The notes under the pieces: generated by a model | What the model was told of the DNA's origin: nothing | The model's input: the letters and a program-made list of their open reading frames with translations, nothing else | Databases searched by the model: none | Part shown: positions 26,082 through 28,783 of the stretch, in pieces | Position numbering within the stretch: the first letter of the stretch is position 1 | How the letters are laid out: every line of letters begins with the position of its first letter | Translations under genes and position numbers: made by a program | Origin: Candidatus Xenobia bacterium | GTDB lineage: Bacteria; Vulcanimicrobiota; Xenobia; Xenobiales; QWHO01 | Direction of reading: 5' to 3' | Assembly: GCA_045863235.1 (NCBI GenBank) | Contig: BTUM01000094.1 | Location: forward strand, 1 to 28,783 | DNA: 28,783 nucleotides

Positions 26082-27728
26082 ATGGACCTGTTGAATGGCT
26101 TCGGTCTGGGCTCTCCAACGACCCGAGGAGTGGGTCAGCCGTTTGGGATTGGAGCTGCGCCCGGTCTGGGCCGCCCGGCCGGTGGCGTGGGCGGACCCGG
26201 TGCGCTACCGCCCGAGCTCGTCGGGGCCCTCATCAACATGCTCAGCCAGTTGCTGCAGTCGCTCACCCAGCTGAACCAGGGGTGGGGCAACTTCGCTGGC
26301 CAGGGTCAACCACCGGGAGGCATCGGTGGCGCCGGCAACGCCGGGAATGCTGGCAACGCCGGGAATGCCGGCAACGCCGGGAACGCCGGGAACGCCGGGA
26401 ACGCCGGGAACGCCGGGAATGCCGGCAATGCCGGCAACGCCGGGAATGCCGGCAACGCTGGCAACGCTGGCAACGCTGGCAACGCTGGCAACGCCGGGAA
26501 TGCCGGCAACGCTGGCAACGCCGGGAATGCCGGGAATGCCGGGAATGCCGGGAACGCCGGGAATGCCGGGAACGCGGGCAATGCAAGGAACGCTGGCGGA
26601 GCTGGCGGTGCCTATGGCGGAGGTGCCCGGGGCGGCGGAGCCGGGGCCGCCGGAGGAGCCGGTGGGGCGGCCGGTGCTGGCGGTTGCGATCACGGCGGTG
26701 GCGGCGGAGCGGCTGGCGGTGGTGGCAGAGCCGGCGCGGCTGGCGGGGCCGGTGGTGGAGCCGGTGCGGGCGGCGCTTATGGCGGCGGCATCGGAGCCGT
26801 TGGCGGGGCCGGTGGAGCTGGCGGAGCCGGAGGTGGAGCCGGCACTGGCGGCGCCTATGGTGGCGGCGGCATCGGAGCTGTCGGCGGGGCTGGAGGAGCT
26901 GGCGCTGCCGGGGGCGGAGCTGGAGCTGGCGGGGCCTACGGAGGCGGCATCGGAGCCTCGGGCGGAGCTGGTGGAGCCGGCAACGGCAACGGCACCCTGA
27001 CGCTGGGACAGTATCTCCTTTACGGCCCCGGCGGACCACCGCAGGGCGGAGCCGGGGGCGGCACGGCGGGCGCGGGCGGAGCTTATGGCGCCGGCAGCGC
27101 GGGCGGAGGCACCGGTGTGCAGAACCTCTCGGCTCCGGCCATGCAGGGTCCCTCTGATCTGAACGAGTTTGCCAGCTACCTGGCCGCCCAGCGAGCCGGA
27201 GGGGCACTCCAGGGCCAGACCAGCATCTCCCAGAGGGACGCCCTGGCCGGCACACGTTTTGCGCAGGTGCAGGACCCGACCCAGTGGCACGCGGCCGTGG
27301 CCCGCGACTACGCGGCCCAATTTGCCGCGTATGCCATTGGGGCCGATCCGCTATCGGCCCAGGGCCTGGCCGCTGGCCAACAGGCCTTCCCGCAGATGGC
27401 ACCCGAGGCCCAGCTGTTCATGCAGGTCGCCTCCGTCTTCAAGGGCAACCTGTTCAACGGCCCCGGCCTCTACGACAACCCCGGACTGGGCCGGCTCCTG
27501 CAGAGCACGGGCAACGGCGATTTGATCAACAATCCCCAGGTGGGCCAGACCGACGTGCAGACCATCGGGGCCATCACCCAGGCCCTCAACCGGGGGACCC
27601 TGACGCTGAATCAGGTGATCCAGAGCGGGACCATCGACAACCTCGACCGCTACTCTCAGATCATCAACTACGTCCAGACAGGTGGGTTCGCCAACGACAT
27701 CTTCCGCTATGAGAACGCGCCCACTTAG
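26082..27728 (+). CDS. Glycine-rich low-complexity protein with (AGN)28 and GGAYG repeats and a globular C-terminal domain
   Basis: GAAGGGGGAA RBS before ATG 26082; 548 aa; repeat variation is synonymous in this frame; normal codon style in the C-terminal part. Confidence 0.8.
   Translation: MDLLNGFGLGSPTTRGVGQPFGIGAAPGLGRPAGGVGGPGALPPELVGALINMLSQLLQSLTQLNQGWGNFAGQGQPPGGIGGAGNAGNAGNAGNAGNAGNAGNAGNAGNAGNAGNAGNAGNAGNAGNAGNAGNAGNAGNAGNAGNAGNAGNAGNAGNAGNAGNAGNARNAGGAGGAYGGGARGGGAGAAGGAGGAAGAGGCDHGGGGGAAGGGGRAGAAGGAGGGAGAGGAYGGGIGAVGGAGGAGGAGGGAGTGGAYGGGGIGAVGGAGGAGAAGGGAGAGGAYGGGIGASGGAGGAGNGNGTLTLGQYLLYGPGGPPQGGAGGGTAGAGGAYGAGSAGGGTGVQNLSAPAMQGPSDLNEFASYLAAQRAGGALQGQTSISQRDALAGTRFAQVQDPTQWHAAVARDYAAQFAAYAIGADPLSAQGLAAGQQAFPQMAPEAQLFMQVASVFKGNLFNGPGLYDNPGLGRLLQSTGNGDLINNPQVGQTDVQTIGAITQALNRGTLTLNQVIQSGTIDNLDRYSQIINYVQTGGFANDIFRYENAPT
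26331..26591 (+). repeat. 9-bp coding tandem repeat GCN-GGS-AAY: 28 AGN units plus one ARN
   Basis: 252 bp from 26331 to 26582 equals 28 units; variation confined to third codon positions. Confidence 0.95.
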
Positions 27729-27765
27729 GTCCCTGATCGAAACGAAGCGAGGGCAGCCTGACCGG

Positions 27766-28416
27766 TCAGGAGCGACGCGGGACTCGCACGCCGCCCACCA
27801 CCACGCCGTTACCGTCCATCCGCACGACCCCGCCCGACTCGCCCTGAAGGGCCTCGGCCATGCGGGTCACCTCTTCCCGGGTCTGAGCCTGCCAATCAGG
27901 GTCGGCCTCGGCCGGCAGGGGCTCGGGCTTCCAGCCCGCCATCGAGGAGCGGTCGTGCTGCACGGGCCGTTGCTCCCACAGCCCCTGTTTGCGAATGGTG
28001 CGGCTGGCCTGCTCGCCCTCCTCCTGGCGGAAGGGCTGGCCGGTGTTGAGATCGATGCTGACCAGGGCCAGGGCCGCGATAGCCCCGCCGGTGTGCATCA
28101 TGACGTGATAACAGTGCAGTACCGGAGTCTTGGTGAACGTCCAGCCGCGACGCTCGGTGCGCTGCACGAAGATCTCCTGGTGCAACAGCTCGCCCTTGCC
28201 GGGCTCGGGGCGTGAGTTCCAGATCTCGATGCGGTCCTCAGTATTGGGGTTCTGGTCGAAGTGGCTGCCGAAGAAGATCTGAGAGCGAGGATAGGAGCTG
28301 TCCAGCGGCTTTGTGTCCAGGTGGCCCAGGAGGTAGCCGTCAGGAGCGCGCTGACCAAGCTCGTTCTTGGCCTGCTTGAAGCGAAAGAGGGCCCTTTGCG
28401 GATCGATGGTCAGCAC
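27766..28416 (-). CDS. Hypothetical protein with C-terminal VVVGGVRV tag
   Basis: 216 aa, GTG start, ends GGVVRMDGNGVVVGGVRVPRRS. Confidence 0.75.
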   Translation of the reverse strand: MLTIDPQRALFRFKQAKNELGQRAPDGYLLGHLDTKPLDSSYPRSQIFFGSHFDQNPNTEDRIEIWNSRPEPGKGELLHQEIFVQRTERRGWTFTKTPVLHCYHVMMHTGGAIAALALVSIDLNTGQPFRQEEGEQASRTIRKQGLWEQRPVQHDRSSMAGWKPEPLPAEADPDWQAQTREEVTRMAEALQGESGGVVRMDGNGVVVGGVRVPRRS

Positions 28417-28422
28417 CTGCTC

Positions 28423-28428
28423 AGCCTA
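28423..28428 (-). promoter_or_regulatory. -10 box TAGGCT of probable leaderless promoter
   Basis: Minus strand TAGGCT-gagcag-GTG(28416). Confidence 0.55.
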
Positions 28429-28521
28429 CGCCAGAGGGCTGAACGAATTCTGAACCCCCAACCTCACAGGCGCCAAGTGCCGCTGAGCCGCCCATCCCAG
28501 GATGGTGTTGCCCAATCGTCA

Positions 28522-28728
28522 TCATCGGGACACGAGCCCCTCTCTCGAGGAGTAGGCGGGATAGCCCGGACGAATCCCTTCGGGCGCATGATGAGAGCCG
28601 CTGCAGCGGAGCGTGAACTCTTCACCTCGGGTATGGTAGGACACTGAATAGGTATCAGAGTGCGCACTCGGACAGTTGGGAATCGCTTTCATGTAGTGCG
28701 GGATCAGGTCGGTCAACGTGGGCGGATA
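28522..28728 (-). pseudogene. 3' remnant of a pilin/pseudopilin-like gene, truncated at its 5' side
   Basis: YPPTLTDLIPHYMKAIPNCP...YSVSY...FTLRC...YPAYSS resembles the YPxxLxxL-P-Y pilin head region; in-frame TGA three codons upstream, within foreign-looking sequence. Confidence 0.55.
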
Positions 28729-28783
28729 GTCTGTGTCTCACGAGGTGGTGTAACTTGGGGGACGAGGGGTAACGCTACCTCGC
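28729..28783. mobile_element. Probable terminal inverted repeat of an IS256-family element running off the window
   Basis: GTCTGTGTCTCACGAGGTGGTGTAACT resembles IS256-type ends (recalled consensus TTACACCAC-N6/7-GACAC-N3/4); begins exactly where the pilin-like frame breaks; no transposase visible. Confidence 0.5.

Noticed and set aside
26331..26591. Tandem repeat as CRISPR array or non-coding VNTR
   Set aside because: 9-bp units without spacers, in frame, with synonymous-only variation; no cas genes
25964..27402. Alternative-frame ORFs over the Gly-rich gene (RECR, PAFPAL, PGIPGV and RHSR repeats)
   Set aside because: Shadows of the repeat; only the AGN frame has silent variation, an RBS and a normal C-terminal domain

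Overview
GC-rich bacterial DNA (visibly well above 60% GC; not computed) with about 27 genes and no rRNA, tRNA or CRISPR array. The 'L.P.Y.K.IP.CP..' pilin-like remnant and the style of the hypothetical proteins suggest Ca. Eremiobacterota/Vulcanimicrobiota (inference only). Recognisable genes: lipoprotein sulfatase, YkgJ(CxxCxxCC)-TPR fusion, GST with a divergent HxlR regulator, TPM-domain protein, orphan FlgE/FlgG-like protein, EF-hand protein, aldo/keto reductase, TPR protein, MoaD-like plus BNR beta-propeller pair, Tat-exported BBE-like FAD oxidase, S8/M64/M28 peptidases, Uma2 nuclease, metallophosphoesterase and TetA-like MFS. Main observation: three otherwise dissimilar hypothetical proteins at 3 kb, 14 kb and 28 kb end in the same C-terminal tag (V-x-V-G-G-V-R-[VL]-x-x-basic). 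All three have a TANNNT hexamer exactly 6 nt before the start codon, suggesting leaderless transcripts. Together with signal-peptide-less extracellular-type proteases, a harpin/silk-like (AGN)28 protein and a modified flagellar rod/hook protein, this hints at an undescribed protein sorting/export system. Also seen: a TGTCARCTC-type intergenic repeat family, a gene split by a 1-nt frameshift, and a pilin-like gene cut by a probable IS256-family end at the right edge.
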